NCBI GenBank assembly: GCA_041483895.1
Contig: JBGPGO010000013.1
Location: forward strand, 1-64,000
DNA: 64,000 nucleotides
DNA from: Fimbriimonadia bacterium
GTDB taxonomy: Bacteria; Armatimonadota; Fimbriimonadia; Fimbriimonadales; JABRVX01
Direction of reading: 5' to 3'
Part shown: piece by piece, positions 36,013 through 46,508 of the stretch
Numbering within the stretch: the first letter of the stretch is position 1
How the letters are laid out: each line of letters begins with the position of its first letter
Notes under the pieces: generated by a model
What the model was told of the DNA's origin: nothing
Seen by the model: the letters and a program-made list of their open reading frames with translations, nothing else
The model's database searches: none
Program-made: the position numbers and the translations under genes

Positions 36013-36996
36013 AAGAATCATATCGACCAGCTCATCGGTCGAAGGCTGGTGGATGTCGCCCGGGATGCGGGGACCGTCGGAAACATAGGAGATGGGAAAA
36101 CCGTGCCGGGCGCCGACAACGAGCAGGCCCCCGAAATCGGTGGTGAGGTCCATCTGCGTAAATATCAAGTTCCGTGGATTGAGCGATGCGGCAAGCTCGA
36201 TAGCGCGAAGATTGTCTTTCGGCTTGGCCGCCGCGCTCAAAACCAGGTTGCAAATGCAATCGGCCTGCTCGAGAGCCAGCCGCATCTCCTCAAATCGCAC
36301 CCCCTCGCCCGGTTGAATTGCCGGCGTATCGATAAGAACGGCCTGGCAATCGCCCATCGCCCGGATGCGCATGGTTGCATCGTCCGGCGTTGAGGCTTCC
36401 TCAAACCGAACATCCAACACCTTCGCGTAGGACCGCATCGATTCCATAGCCCCGATTCGATGGCTGTCCAAGCACAATATGCCAACGGACCCGGCCCCTT
36501 TGAGGCGGGCGGCCAATTTGGCGATTGTTGTGGTCTTTCCGACCCCCGGTGGGCCGACAAACGAATGCCTGCCGTCCGTTATCTCCACGCCGGTTAGCAG
36601 CATGGAGGTCAGCGCTTCTCGCGACGGAGCCTTGTCCGCATAGCGCCCAACATCTTCCGGGTCGATACCAAGCGCCTGCCAGGACCGCCGGGCCTGATCC
36701 GGCGCGGAAGGGGCCATGACAACCGCGCCCTTTCCCTGGATGGTCTGTATCATCTCGCGAAGCTCATCCAATTCGTTGCGCATCCCGTCGACATCCAGCG
36801 GCGGCTCGGCGGGCGCAGGTTCCGGCTTTATGGGCATCTGCACGACGACTTCGTACATGGTTTTGCCAAGCCGTCCGGCAATCCCCGCGGCCGGCACCCT
36901 TTTCTCGGCGACGATGGCGGCATCCGGTCCGACCTCGGCCTTGACCTTCAATATGGCTTCCAAGCGGCTGTCCGCTCGTACGGTAATCTGACTCAC
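36007..36996 (-). CDS. flhF: Flagellar SRP-type GTPase FlhF
   Basis: GPPGVGKTTTIAKLAA, DSHRIGA, LIDT, GPRIPGDI; directly follows flhA. Confidence 0.88.
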   Translation of the reverse strand: MSQITVRADSRLEAILKVKAEVGPDAAIVAEKRVPAAGIAGRLGKTMYEVVVQMPIKPEPAPAEPPLDVDGMRNELDELREMIQTIQGKGAVVMAPSAPDQARRSWQALGIDPEDVGRYADKAPSREALTSMLLTGVEITDGRHSFVGPPGVGKTTTIAKLAARLKGAGSVGILCLDSHRIGAMESMRSYAKVLDVRFEEASTPDDATMRIRAMGDCQAVLIDTPAIQPGEGVRFEEMRLALEQADCICNLVLSAAAKPKDNLRAIELAASLNPRNLIFTQMDLTTDFGGLLVVGARHGFPISYVSDGPRIPGDIHQPSTDELVDMILR

Positions 36997-39062
36997 GCAG
37001 CCAGCCTCCCAACGGGATTTACTTCGGTTCTGGGCACGATCTCATTATAGGCAATGACCGCCACGCTCGGCATGGAGCGCTCGACGAGCCTCCGCAAGGG
37101 AAGCCGGACGCCGCTGGAGCAGAGGATCACCGGTGTGACCCCATTTGCCGCGGCCCGCTGCGCCTCTTGCTCCAAGCCGTTCAGCAGCTTCTCCGCCACT
37201 CCCGGCTCCAGGGCCAGAGTCGATCCGAACGTCGTGGCCTGTATGCTCTCCCGCAGGGACGCCTCCAACTCCGGGTCCAAGCTGATAACGTGCAGCGATC
37301 CGGCCGTATCCGCATAGAGACGGGTAATGGAGCGCGAGATGTTGGAGCGGACCAATTCACCGAGCTGCTCCGTGTCCTTGACGCGGGGGGCATAGTCGGC
37401 AAGCGTTTCCAGGATGGTCACCATGTCGCGAATCGGTACCCTCTCCCGCAACAGGTGGGCGAGCACCTTCTGAACCTCCCCTACCGTCAACACGTCTGGG
37501 ATCAGCTCCTCGACCACCGCGGCGTTCAGAATTTTAACATGGTCGATGAGCTGCTGCACGTCCTGGCGAGTCAAAAGCTCGTTCGCGTGGCTCTTCACGG
37601 ATTCGGTGAGATGGGTGGCGATCATCGCGGCGGGCTCGATCACCGTGTACCCGTTGCGTTCGGCAGAATCTTTGTCTCCCGGCTCGATCCAACGGGCAGG
37701 CAGACCGAAGACCGGCTCCGTGGTGGGCGAACCAGGGACCTGCTGCGTGACGAAGCCGGATTCGATCGCAAGCAGTTGGGAAACGTACGCATCTCCTCCG
37801 CCGACACGTTCGCCGCGTATCTTGATCGCGTATTCGTTGGGTTTTAGCTGAATGTTGTCGCGAATTCGCACAGAGGGCATAATGAAGCCCAATTCAGTCG
37901 CCACCTGCCGCCGTATGGCGGTCACCCGGTCGGCGAGGTCCCCCTGCTCCTTCGGATCGGCAAGGCGGGTTATGGCGTAGCCGAGCTCCACCTCGATCGG
38001 GTCCACGGTGATCAAAGGCATCATCTGTTCGGGAGTTTGCGGCATTGACGTCTTGGCCGGCTTCTTGGCCTCCGCAGCAGCGTCCGACACCCTCTTCTTG
38101 ACGCCTGTCCGTACGCTGGCGGCAACGAAGTAGAGGGCGCCGCCCACGAGGAAGAAGGGGATTTTCGGGAAGCCGGGGACGAATGCCAACAAGGCCAAAA
38201 CGCCGCCGGCCGTCATCAGCGCCTTCGGCTGCCCGGTGATTTGGTTGACCAACGCCGTTCCCAGCGGTTCGGCGGAGCCCGACCGGGTAACCATAAGGCC
38301 GGCGGCAGTCGAAACGAGCAGCGCCGGGATCTGCGCCACCAGTCCTTCGCCTACTGTCAAGAGAGTATAGGTGCGGAAGACGGTCATCATGTCCGTGTTG
38401 CCGCGGAAAAAGCCGACCGCGAACCCGCCGATGATGTTGACGATCATGATCAGGATCGATGCAATCGCGTCGCCTTTGACGAATTTGCTCGCGCCATCCA
38501 TCGCGCCGTAGAAGTCGGCCTCCATCTTGATCTGCTGACGCCGCGCCTTGGCCTCATGCTCATCAATCAGCCCCGCGTTGAGGTCGGCGTCGATGCTCAT
38601 CTGCTTGCCGGGCATCGCATCCAATGTAAATCGGGCGACAACTTCCGCCACGCGCCCAGCGCCATTTGTGATGACGACAAATTGCACGATAACCAAGATA
38701 AGGAACGCGACAAAGCCGACCACCATATCGCCGCCGACGATAAACCCGCCAAACGTATTGATGACGTTCCCAGCGCTACCCGTTCCCAAAATCAGTTTGG
38801 TGGCCGCGATGCTGAGCGCCAAACGGAGCAGAGTAGTGATCAGCAGCAGGGACGGGAATGCCGCGAACTTGAGCGGGTCGGTGACGGAAGCTGCCATCAG
38901 CGCGATGATGACCGAGGAAGCGATGCTTACGACGAGCGCCAAATCCAGCGCCCATTCCGGCAACGGCAGGATCAACATGCCGACGATGACCATGATGCCG
39001 ATGGCCACCAGCACGTCCGTGTGGCGCAGCAGCTTGCTCATGCCGGGGGGCTGGTTCGACAT
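36993..39062 (-). CDS. flhA: Flagellar export gate protein FlhA
   Basis: RVAEVVARFTLDAMPGKQMSIDADL, FYGAMDGASKFVKGDA. Confidence 0.97.
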   Translation of the reverse strand: MSNQPPGMSKLLRHTDVLVAIGIMVIVGMLILPLPEWALDLALVVSIASSVIIALMAASVTDPLKFAAFPSLLLITTLLRLALSIAATKLILGTGSAGNVINTFGGFIVGGDMVVGFVAFLILVIVQFVVITNGAGRVAEVVARFTLDAMPGKQMSIDADLNAGLIDEHEAKARRQQIKMEADFYGAMDGASKFVKGDAIASILIMIVNIIGGFAVGFFRGNTDMMTVFRTYTLLTVGEGLVAQIPALLVSTAAGLMVTRSGSAEPLGTALVNQITGQPKALMTAGGVLALLAFVPGFPKIPFFLVGGALYFVAASVRTGVKKRVSDAAAEAKKPAKTSMPQTPEQMMPLITVDPIEVELGYAITRLADPKEQGDLADRVTAIRRQVATELGFIMPSVRIRDNIQLKPNEYAIKIRGERVGGGDAYVSQLLAIESGFVTQQVPGSPTTEPVFGLPARWIEPGDKDSAERNGYTVIEPAAMIATHLTESVKSHANELLTRQDVQQLIDHVKILNAAVVEELIPDVLTVGEVQKVLAHLLRERVPIRDMVTILETLADYAPRVKDTEQLGELVRSNISRSITRLYADTAGSLHVISLDPELEASLRESIQATTFGSTLALEPGVAEKLLNGLEQEAQRAAANGVTPVILCSSGVRLPLRRLVERSMPSVAVIAYNEIVPRTEVNPVGRLAA

Positions 39063-39063
39063 G

Positions 39064-40074
39064 CTATTTCCTGCCCTTGAGGAGCTGGACCGAGCGACTG
39101 ATGTGGTTGAGAGCCGCTTGCTTCTTGTCGCCGGTCAGGACCTTGGGACCTTTCGGGCCGATGCGCACCGGCGTCAGGTGGATGCCGCGCAGGCCGTTGC
39201 GGTCGAAAACGGTTTCGAAAATGACCGTTTCGCCCAACCGCCCGCTATTCTTAGGCGCGACAAAGTTGCCCAACGAATAGTAGATCGGCCTTCCTTTATA
39301 GAGTTCGTAGGGTTGCAGAACGTGCGGATGGTGGCCGAGAACCATGTCGGCGCCCAGGTCGATCGCCATGCGGCCGAGACTGACCTGATACGGATCCGGC
39401 ATAGTGCGGCGCTCGATGCCCCAATGAAAGGAGACGACGACGAAGTCGGCCTTTTTTCGCGCGGCTTGGATGGCCTGGCTGAGGTTGGCCTTCGCAGCGG
39501 GAGCGCCGCTGCCGTGAAGGGCGTTGACACCGGCCGACTTTGCCGTCGCCGGAGTACATGCCGCGAGGCCGCCGGGCGTGCGGAACGCGAGGTAGGCGAT
39601 GAACGCGACGCGAATGCCGTTCTTGGTGAGAACAACCATTTGCGATGCGGCGGCCAGGTTCGTCCCGGCCCCGGCATGGCGCACCTTATTCTCGTCCAGC
39701 GCCCTGATCATCCGTGCGATGCCCGCGCCGCTGTAGTCGCCAGCGTGGTTATTCGCAATCGATACGACATCGAAACCGGCCTTGGCAATCGGTCCGGCCC
39801 ATGCGGGATCGGCGCGCAGGATGAACTGCTTCTTGGCCGCCACCGCCGCCGCGCTCTTATGGGGCGTCCGCATCCCAACGTCGGTGAGGGGTATCTCCAA
39901 GTTGGCAAAGGCGATATCGGCCTTGGCGAGTATCGGCGCGACATCCGCAAGGAACTGCTTCTGGTTTTCCTTGGAGGCAGGAATTCCGTTGAACATCAGG
40001 TCCCCCACTGCTGCGATCCTAATAGTCGCCATCGGCCCGGCGCTGCAAGCAATTGCCAGCAATGCAAGTAGCAT
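39064..40074 (-). CDS. CapA/PGA_cap family metallophosphoesterase-fold protein
   Basis: AVGD, ANLE, IANNHAGD, FHWGIE, GHHPHVLQ, YSLGNF. Confidence 0.9.
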   Translation of the reverse strand: MLLALLAIACSAGPMATIRIAAVGDLMFNGIPASKENQKQFLADVAPILAKADIAFANLEIPLTDVGMRTPHKSAAAVAAKKQFILRADPAWAGPIAKAGFDVVSIANNHAGDYSGAGIARMIRALDENKVRHAGAGTNLAAASQMVVLTKNGIRVAFIAYLAFRTPGGLAACTPATAKSAGVNALHGSGAPAAKANLSQAIQAARKKADFVVVSFHWGIERRTMPDPYQVSLGRMAIDLGADMVLGHHPHVLQPYELYKGRPIYYSLGNFVAPKNSGRLGETVIFETVFDRNGLRGIHLTPVRIGPKGPKVLTGDKKQAALNHISRSVQLLKGRK

Positions 40075-40119
40075 GCTAAAAGCATTTCAACGGGCATTCG
40101 TTTCGTCCCGCCGAACTGG

Positions 40120-40626
40120 TTATTCGGCATCGCCCAGCACCTTCGCAACGTACGCCTGGGTCTCGGCAAACGGCGGCACGTCTCCGTACCGTTTCACAGC
40201 GCCGGGCCCGGCGTTGTAGGCGGCAACGGCCAGCCGCGGGTCCTGAAATCGGTCCATGAGGGAGCGGAGATACTTGGCGCCGGCGTCCAGGTTTTGCTCG
40301 GGATCAAAGGGGTCGCTCACTCCGAGGGCCGCCGCCGTTCCGGGCATCAACTGAGTCAATCCCATAGCGCCTTTGGGGGACCGCGCGTTTGGATTCCCAC
40401 CGCTCTCCGCCGATACGAGGTTCTCGAAAATATTCGGATCAACGCCATTGCGCACGGCCGCCTCGTGGACCATGTTCTGCATGTCCACAGTCAGCGGGCG
40501 CAGCGTTCCGGAGGCCACCTTTTTCGGTTCATTTGGCCTGGGAACCGGCCCGAATATCTGCGTCATTTTGTTTTCGATCGCGGCCATACGGCTCTCGATT
40601 GCCGCCATACTCGTTTCGACTTTCAT
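40120..40626 (-). CDS. Lytic transglycosylase (SLT domain)
   Basis: AESGGNPNARSPKGAMGLTQLMPGTA, AAYNAGPG, ETQAYV. Confidence 0.92.
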   Translation of the reverse strand: MKVETSMAAIESRMAAIENKMTQIFGPVPRPNEPKKVASGTLRPLTVDMQNMVHEAAVRNGVDPNIFENLVSAESGGNPNARSPKGAMGLTQLMPGTAAALGVSDPFDPEQNLDAGAKYLRSLMDRFQDPRLAVAAYNAGPGAVKRYGDVPPFAETQAYVAKVLGDAE

Positions 40627-40640
40627 TCCCGCACCTCCAG

Positions 40641-41069
40641 TTAACTGTGCCGAGCCGATCGGAGAACAGTCCATTCGTCCAGTTCGCGCTGTTGCTCGCG
40701 CTCCAGCTCCAGCCGATACTCCGCCAGATCTTTCGATCGCAGCCGCTCAGCAATCTCCCTGCCCCGCCGGGCTTCCACGTAGGCTTTGAGAGCCACTTCT
40801 TCTTCCCGCTCAATCATCTCGATGGTCAGCTCCTGCGCGGCGACTGCGTCCAAAACCCGCGTCTGATAGATCTCCGACCATTCTCGCCGCACCGGGTCCG
40901 CTGTGACCCACTCCGATCGAATTCTGTGGATCTCGTTTTGCAATACCTTTAGTTGCCTCTCCGCCGCCATTTTTCTAACTCGCACCGCCATCAAATCGCG
41001 CTCCTTCAACTCTTCAATGACAACCCGATAGCGAAGGACAGACTCCAAGCGAAATCGGAACTTACGCAC
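40641..41069 (-). CDS. fliJ: Flagellar export protein FliJ
   Basis: KFRFRLESVL start, EQQRELDE end, helical, downstream of fliI. Confidence 0.85.
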   Translation of the reverse strand: MRKFRFRLESVLRYRVVIEELKERDLMAVRVRKMAAERQLKVLQNEIHRIRSEWVTADPVRREWSEIYQTRVLDAVAAQELTIEMIEREEEVALKAYVEARRGREIAERLRSKDLAEYRLELEREQQRELDEWTVLRSARHS

Positions 41070-42390
41070 CGATCGCCTCCACCATCCCTCGCACCGCCTC
41101 ATCGATAGGACCCGACTCTTGTCGGCCTTGGCGCAAGAACGCAACCATCGCTTCCCGACACTCGATTGCCAAATCCACTGTCGGGTTGGCGCCTGCCTGA
41201 TAGGCGCCGATCTGGATCAGGTCCTCCGCACCGGTGTAGGCCGCAAGCAGTTCACGGAAACGCAGCGCGGCCACTTTATGTTCCGGCGTTGTCACGCCGT
41301 CCATCACGCGCGAAATGCTTTGGCTGATATCCACTGCCGGATAGTGCCCTTGGTGCGCGAGCGCCCGTGTGAGAATGATGTGCCCATCCAAGATGGCCCG
41401 GGCATGGTCCGAGATCGGCTCGTTTATATCGTCTCCTTCCACCAGCACGGTGTAGACGCCCGTGATCGTTCCCAGCCGCGACGTGCCGGCGCGCTCCAAC
41501 AGCCGCGGCATCATCGCGAAAACCGATGGCGTGTATCCTCGTGTGGTGGGGGGCTCGCCCACCGACAGCCCAACCTCCCGCTGCGCCATCGCAAGCCGCG
41601 TGAGGGAGTCCATCATAAGCAGAACATCGAGTCCCTGATCCCGGAAGTACTCGGCGATTGTGGTGGCGACGAGGGGCGCCTTCACGCGTACCAAAGGGGG
41701 TTGGTCGGAGGTCGCCACGACGACTACGCTGCGCTTCATCCCCTCTTTGCCCAAATCGTTCTCCAAAAACTCCCGCACCTCGCGTCCCCGTTCGCCGACC
41801 AGCGCGATCACGTTGACCTGTGCAGAGGTGTTCTGGGCGATCATGCCGAGGAGAGTGCTTTTGCCGACTCCGCTGCCGGAGAATATGCCGACGCGCTGGC
41901 CTTTGGCACAGGTCAGTAGCGCGTCAATGCTTCGAACGCCCATGCAGAGCGGTTCGGTGAGCATGCTGCGCTCCAGCGGGGGAGGAGGCATGGCATGGAT
42001 TGACCGCGGAGGGGCGGAAGCCAGTTCCGGACCGCCATCCACGGGCTGCCCCATGCCATCCAGGACGCGGCCCAGCATGGCGTCGGATACATTGACGGTG
42101 AGCGGCATGCCGGAGGCCCGGACGATCGCGCCCTCCGATATCCCCTCGAGAGTTCCCAGCGGCATCAGCAATACGCGGTTGTCGCGAAATCCGACCACCT
42201 CGGCCTGGCGGGTTATTTTTCCCTCCGCGTCGGCAACGTTGCACAGCTCTCCCAGCCCGGCCCGCGGTCCGTTCGATTCGATCACCATACCCACCATTTG
42301 CGCGACCCGGCCGTGCAGGCGAATCGGTTCGCAGCTCGCGATCGATCGGCGCTCTTGCTCGAACATCGGGGGAGGCGGTTGCGCGATCAT
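41062..42390 (-). CDS. fliI: Flagellar export ATPase FliI
   Basis: GSGVGKSTLL, GERGREV, LLMMDSLTR, GEPPTTRGY. Confidence 0.96.
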   Translation of the reverse strand: MIAQPPPPMFEQERRSIASCEPIRLHGRVAQMVGMVIESNGPRAGLGELCNVADAEGKITRQAEVVGFRDNRVLLMPLGTLEGISEGAIVRASGMPLTVNVSDAMLGRVLDGMGQPVDGGPELASAPPRSIHAMPPPPLERSMLTEPLCMGVRSIDALLTCAKGQRVGIFSGSGVGKSTLLGMIAQNTSAQVNVIALVGERGREVREFLENDLGKEGMKRSVVVVATSDQPPLVRVKAPLVATTIAEYFRDQGLDVLLMMDSLTRLAMAQREVGLSVGEPPTTRGYTPSVFAMMPRLLERAGTSRLGTITGVYTVLVEGDDINEPISDHARAILDGHIILTRALAHQGHYPAVDISQSISRVMDGVTTPEHKVAALRFRELLAAYTGAEDLIQIGAYQAGANPTVDLAIECREAMVAFLRQGRQESGPIDEAVRGMVEAIGA

Positions 42391-43037
42391 GCAGCCTCCT
42401 TCCTCATTGCCACGTTGATATTTTCCACTTGCGATGGCAGTGTCGCGTCAACAACCCCTGTGCTGCTCTCTACCACGCATCCGCCGGGAATCATGTCCGC
42501 GCTGGCCATCCACTCAATTCGCGAGATGCCCTCGACGGCGGCGAGCAGATCCGCCTGGTGCGACCGCAAGGCGGGCAGGTCGGAGGTGCACACCCGCACG
42601 CGCACATCATGGGTATTGGCGACGCGTATCAGCGCCTCGCGGACGATGGCGAGGATCGCTTCGGGATTCTGCTGCAGCTCTTGTTTGAGCAATTTCTGCG
42701 CGATATCCACGGCAAGCTGTCGCAAGCCCTCTTCCGCCGTGAGCCAATACTGCTCCACTGCCTGTTGAATTCTTCGGTGCATCTCGGCGAAGTCGCCCGT
42801 ACACTTCGCAAGCGCGTCCCGCTGTTCCGCAAGCCCGATGCGCAACGCCTCGTCCGTCCCTTCCTTCTGCCCAAGCGCATACCCTTCGTCGTACCCCTTT
42901 TTCCGCTCTTCCTCAAACGCCGCCCGGGCGCGAGGATTGGTTCGGATGCGCATCTCGATCGGCGTCAGGCTGGAATCCATGAGAGACTTGTAATCGCCCT
43001 CCGGCTCCTGGTCTCGGAACACCTTTTTAGACGACAA
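42387..43037 (-). CDS. fliH: Flagellar assembly protein FliH
   Basis: GxxxG repeats GYDEGYALGQKEG; GGCVVES..GVVDA; between fliG and fliI. Confidence 0.88.
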   Translation of the reverse strand: MSSKKVFRDQEPEGDYKSLMDSSLTPIEMRIRTNPRARAAFEEERKKGYDEGYALGQKEGTDEALRIGLAEQRDALAKCTGDFAEMHRRIQQAVEQYWLTAEEGLRQLAVDIAQKLLKQELQQNPEAILAIVREALIRVANTHDVRVRVCTSDLPALRSHQADLLAAVEGISRIEWMASADMIPGGCVVESSTGVVDATLPSQVENINVAMRKEAA

Positions 43038-44037
43038 CTTCGTCTTCTCCGGTCCGGCTGATTTCCAGCTCGCCTGCCTCTTCCAATCGGCGGATGATCG
43101 CGACGATGCGCTGCTGCGATTCTTCTACTACGCGCAGCTTGACCGGCCCCATAAACTCCATGTCCTCTTTGAGCTGCTCCGATGCGCGCTCCGACATGTT
43201 CTTGTAGATGTGTTCCTGGACCTCTTTGCTGCTGCCGCGCAGCCCGATGGACAGCTCTTTGATGTCCACCTCTTTCAGTATCTGTTGAACGGCCCTGTCT
43301 TCCAGCGTCAAGATGTCCTCGAAGACGAACATCATGTTCTTGACCTCTTCGGCAATCTCCGGATTGGTCTCGGTGAGGCCGTCCATAATGGTGCGCTCCG
43401 TCGATCGCTCCACCCAGTTGAGGATGTCAACGAGCGCCTTCGGTCCACCGGCGGTCGTCAAATCGTGCGATATGATGCTGGACAGTTTTCGCTCGAGCAC
43501 AGCCTCCACTCTGCGGACCACGTCGGGAGGGGTGCGGTCCATAACCACGAGCCGCTCCGCGACGTCAACCCGCAGCTCGGCGGGCAGCTTGCTCATGATC
43601 GCGGCGGCGTGGCTGGGCTTCACGTATGCCAACACCAGCGCGATGGTTTGCGGATGCTCGTCTTGGATGAAGCTGAGGAGCTGCGCGGGATCGGTGTTCT
43701 TGAGAAAATCGAACGGCACGACTTCCAACGCGCGTTTGACGCGATCCAAAATCTCCGCAGCCTTGTCTCCACCGTATGCGGCGAGGAGGTTTCGTTCCGC
43801 GAAGTCCAGGCCGCCTTCGGAGATATAGTTTTGGGCGGCGCACAGGTCCCGGAACTCCTCGATCACCTCGCCGCGCTGGTCCGGAGTGATCTTCTCCAGC
43901 CGGGCCACTTCGACCGACAGCTTCTCAACGTCCTCCTCCGACATGCACTTCAACACGTTGGCGGAAAGGTCCGGACCGAGGGCGGTGAGGAGGATGGCGG
44001 CTTTCCGCTTATGGTTGAGGGCGTTGGCAGTGCGCAT
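43027..44037 (-). CDS. fliG: Flagellar motor switch protein FliG
   Basis: KAAILL, EHPQTIA, MFVFEDI, NMSERA. Confidence 0.96.
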   Translation of the reverse strand: MRTANALNHKRKAAILLTALGPDLSANVLKCMSEEDVEKLSVEVARLEKITPDQRGEVIEEFRDLCAAQNYISEGGLDFAERNLLAAYGGDKAAEILDRVKRALEVVPFDFLKNTDPAQLLSFIQDEHPQTIALVLAYVKPSHAAAIMSKLPAELRVDVAERLVVMDRTPPDVVRRVEAVLERKLSSIISHDLTTAGGPKALVDILNWVERSTERTIMDGLTETNPEIAEEVKNMMFVFEDILTLEDRAVQQILKEVDIKELSIGLRGSSKEVQEHIYKNMSERASEQLKEDMEFMGPVKLRVVEESQQRIVAIIRRLEEAGELEISRTGEDEVVV

Positions 44038-45717
44038 CTAGTGCTTGTCCTCCATCATCCAGCTTTTGAGGAGCACGGCAATCGTCTCCGGCTTCTCTTT
44101 CGCCATGACGGAGATCTGTTCGAAGGCAAGGTCGAACTTTTGCGGGATCATCGTGACGATGCGAGCCTCGTGGGAATCGGTGTACACGATGTTGGGACCG
44201 CTGTCGATCTGTGCGGATGGAACCCTGGCGATTGCGCCCTCGCCCGCCGTCGGCATCGATTCCACGCCGGGGCCAAGGGCAAGCGGCATCAACCCTTCCG
44301 GAAGAACGGGGGATTGGACTTTGATCGACTGTTTGCCTAGGGCTCGCATCACGAGGATGGCGGCGAGGATCAGGGCGATGGAGGGCGCGAGACCGAAGAT
44401 TCGGTCCATCATCTGGGAGCTTTTCTCTTTGTCTCCAGCCGCCTTCGCCTGCTTTGCCTGCTCCTGATCGAATGGCAGTTTGGATACGGTAACGGCGTAT
44501 CCCGGCTTCGGCGTGCTTGGCGATATTCCGACTAGCCCGTTGACGTAATCGGTGATGGCTTGGACCTGCGGCTGCTTCAGACTGTCGTCGAGCAGGACGG
44601 CGACGTTGAGTGCCTCGACCTTGCCCGGTGTCGTTATTGTGCGCAGATGCTCGCGATTGAAGGCGTATTCGGCGGTTTTCTTGTCTTCAGAGTATTCGCG
44701 ACCATTTGGAGTCGTGCTGCCGGTCGAACCCGTTCCGCCGCCGGTCAGATTGGACGGGGTGCCGGCCGTGCCCTTGATGCCGCCCGCTCCATTGGCATAA
44801 GTGGTCTTGCTGGTCGTTTCGGAAACCTTGTTCGTGTCGTTGGTTGGCGCCTTGTTGGTCGCGTCCACTGCCGGCGTATTGATATTCTTATCCGATTCGA
44901 TTGAATCGAAGTTCATCGTGGTCTCGACGCTGACGAGCGCCTTGCCGGGGCCAAGCACCTGATCGAAGTGTCGCTCCAGCTGCCCACGCAGGTTGGAGGA
45001 GTAGGCCATCTCTTCCTTGCGCTTCTCGTCATAGAGGCCCGTTCCCCCGTTTTGAGTCGTGCCATCGTACAGCACTCGGCCCGAGCCGTCAACAACGGAA
45101 ACGTTGTTTTTATCGAGATCGGGAACACCCTGAGTGACGATATGCACGACGCCGTTGACCTGGTCGGGCGCCAGAGTGCCGCCCTGTTTCAAATGGAGGA
45201 CGACGGTGGCGGCGGCTTTTCGCTGCTGGTCGGCAAATGCCCCCGACTCGCCCATGGAGATGTGGATACGCGCGCTGTCCACCCCGTCCAGTGTCTGGAT
45301 CGTCTTCTGCATCTCCTCTTCCAGCATCACGCGCTGGAGAATCTGCTCCTCGGCCTGGGTGCGGCCGATGCTGGATTTGTCCAGCCATCCGTTTCCTTCG
45401 CCGCCTGCCTGCGCGGGAAGGCCATCGGCGGCCAGCTTCATCCGGATCTCGTCTCGCTGGCCTTTGGGTACCTCGATCGTGCGGCCATCCGAACCTATGC
45501 GGAATGTAACCTTGAGGTCCTTCAGCTTGTTGAGGACCTTTCCCGCGTCCCCGGCGCTCAGGTCGGCATAGATGACGACGTAGTCCGGCTGGCTGGCGTA
45601 GTTGAACACCACAACCAATGTGACAAGGAGGAACAGAACGCCGACGACGGTGACCGCCTTCGCCGTTTTGTCCGCGATATTCCACCAGGCGCGTATTTTA
45701 AGGACTAGACCTTGCAT
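44038..45717 (-). CDS. fliF: Flagellar M-ring protein FliF
   Basis: Two TM segments; ARIHI, AATVVL, V.VVD..G; C-terminal PETIAVLLKSW. Start 45717 or 45732. Confidence 0.93.
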   Translation of the reverse strand: MQGLVLKIRAWWNIADKTAKAVTVVGVLFLLVTLVVVFNYASQPDYVVIYADLSAGDAGKVLNKLKDLKVTFRIGSDGRTIEVPKGQRDEIRMKLAADGLPAQAGGEGNGWLDKSSIGRTQAEEQILQRVMLEEEMQKTIQTLDGVDSARIHISMGESGAFADQQRKAAATVVLHLKQGGTLAPDQVNGVVHIVTQGVPDLDKNNVSVVDGSGRVLYDGTTQNGGTGLYDEKRKEEMAYSSNLRGQLERHFDQVLGPGKALVSVETTMNFDSIESDKNINTPAVDATNKAPTNDTNKVSETTSKTTYANGAGGIKGTAGTPSNLTGGGTGSTGSTTPNGREYSEDKKTAEYAFNREHLRTITTPGKVEALNVAVLLDDSLKQPQVQAITDYVNGLVGISPSTPKPGYAVTVSKLPFDQEQAKQAKAAGDKEKSSQMMDRIFGLAPSIALILAAILVMRALGKQSIKVQSPVLPEGLMPLALGPGVESMPTAGEGAIARVPSAQIDSGPNIVYTDSHEARIVTMIPQKFDLAFEQISVMAKEKPETIAVLLKSWMMEDKH

Positions 45718-45773
45718 ATTGCTCTTCGACAACGAAATCCGGATCCTGGCCCTTCATAGTCCACCATCAGGAC

Positions 45774-45803
45774 ATCCCTTCACAGTCGCACTGTGAAGGG
45801 CAG
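45774..45803. repeat. CCCTTCACAGT-N3-ACTGTGAAGGG palindrome between fliE and fliF
   Basis: One mismatch to the copies at 20574-20721. Confidence 0.85.
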
Positions 45804-45805
45804 GC

Positions 45806-46099
45806 CTAGACCGGTATCCGGTTGATTTCTTGGTATGCCTCGAGAAGCTTGTTTCGTACCTGGACAGCCAGTTGGAGGGCCACGCCGGACTTCTCCAGCG
45901 CGATCAGAACGTCATGAATCTCGACATTGTCCCCTCGTACGAACGCATCCCGCAGCTCACCCGCCTCGGTCTGAGATTGGTTGATCTCTTTCAAGGCGTC
46001 CATGAGCATTTTGCCAAAGTCCTCCGCCCCACCCGGTTTTGCGGTTTCCGCAATCGGAGAGGGCTGGAGGCCGACCGGCGAAAGGTCTTCGATACGCAT
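45806..46099 (-). CDS. fliE: Flagellar hook-basal body protein FliE
   Basis: IHDVLIA...VQVRNKLLEAYQEI. Confidence 0.93.
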   Translation of the reverse strand: MRIEDLSPVGLQPSPIAETAKPGGAEDFGKMLMDALKEINQSQTEAGELRDAFVRGDNVEIHDVLIALEKSGVALQLAVQVRNKLLEAYQEINRIPV

Positions 46100-46106
46100 A
46101 AAACGA

Positions 46107-46508
46107 CTACGCGGATCCTATCTCCAGCGATCGCGCGACCATGTCCTTCGCGGCGTTGAACGCGGTGATGTTCGCCTCGTAGGCCCGCGTCGCGCCGATC
46201 AGGTCCACCATCTCCAAAACAGGATTGACGTTGGACCCTTCCACCATGCCGTCCGCATTGGCCCGCGGGTTATCGGGATCCTTGACCATCGGGCCGGGCG
46301 ATTTGTCCAATTCGATGGTGTCGACGCGAACGCCGGACAGTCCGTTCTCCAGGTCCTCGGCAAAGACCACCATTCGGCGGCGGAACGGTTCGCCGCTATC
46401 GGTGCGGGTCGTGCTGCTGTTGGCGAGGTTATGCGCTACCACATCCATGCGAAATCGCTCGGCATGGAGTCCGGAGGCGCTGGTTTGCATACTGCTCATT
46501 AATCCCAT
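46107..46508 (-). CDS. flgC: Flagellar basal-body rod protein FlgC
   Basis: SASGL.AER.RMDV.AHNLAN, PFRRR, NVNPVLEMVDLI.A.RAYEAN. Confidence 0.95.
   Translation of the reverse strand: MGLMSSMQTSASGLHAERFRMDVVAHNLANSSTTRTDSGEPFRRRMVVFAEDLENGLSGVRVDTIELDKSPGPMVKDPDNPRANADGMVEGSNVNPVLEMVDLIGATRAYEANITAFNAAKDMVARSLEIGSA

Noticed and set aside
38548..40071. 507-aa plus-strand ORF, and similar long shadows such as 18321-19619, 28338-29627 and 43210-44340
   Set aside because: Antisense to well-supported genes; expected in GC-rich DNA; no motifs.
39064..40074. Poly-gamma-glutamate capsule locus
   Set aside because: No capB/capC synthetase genes nearby.
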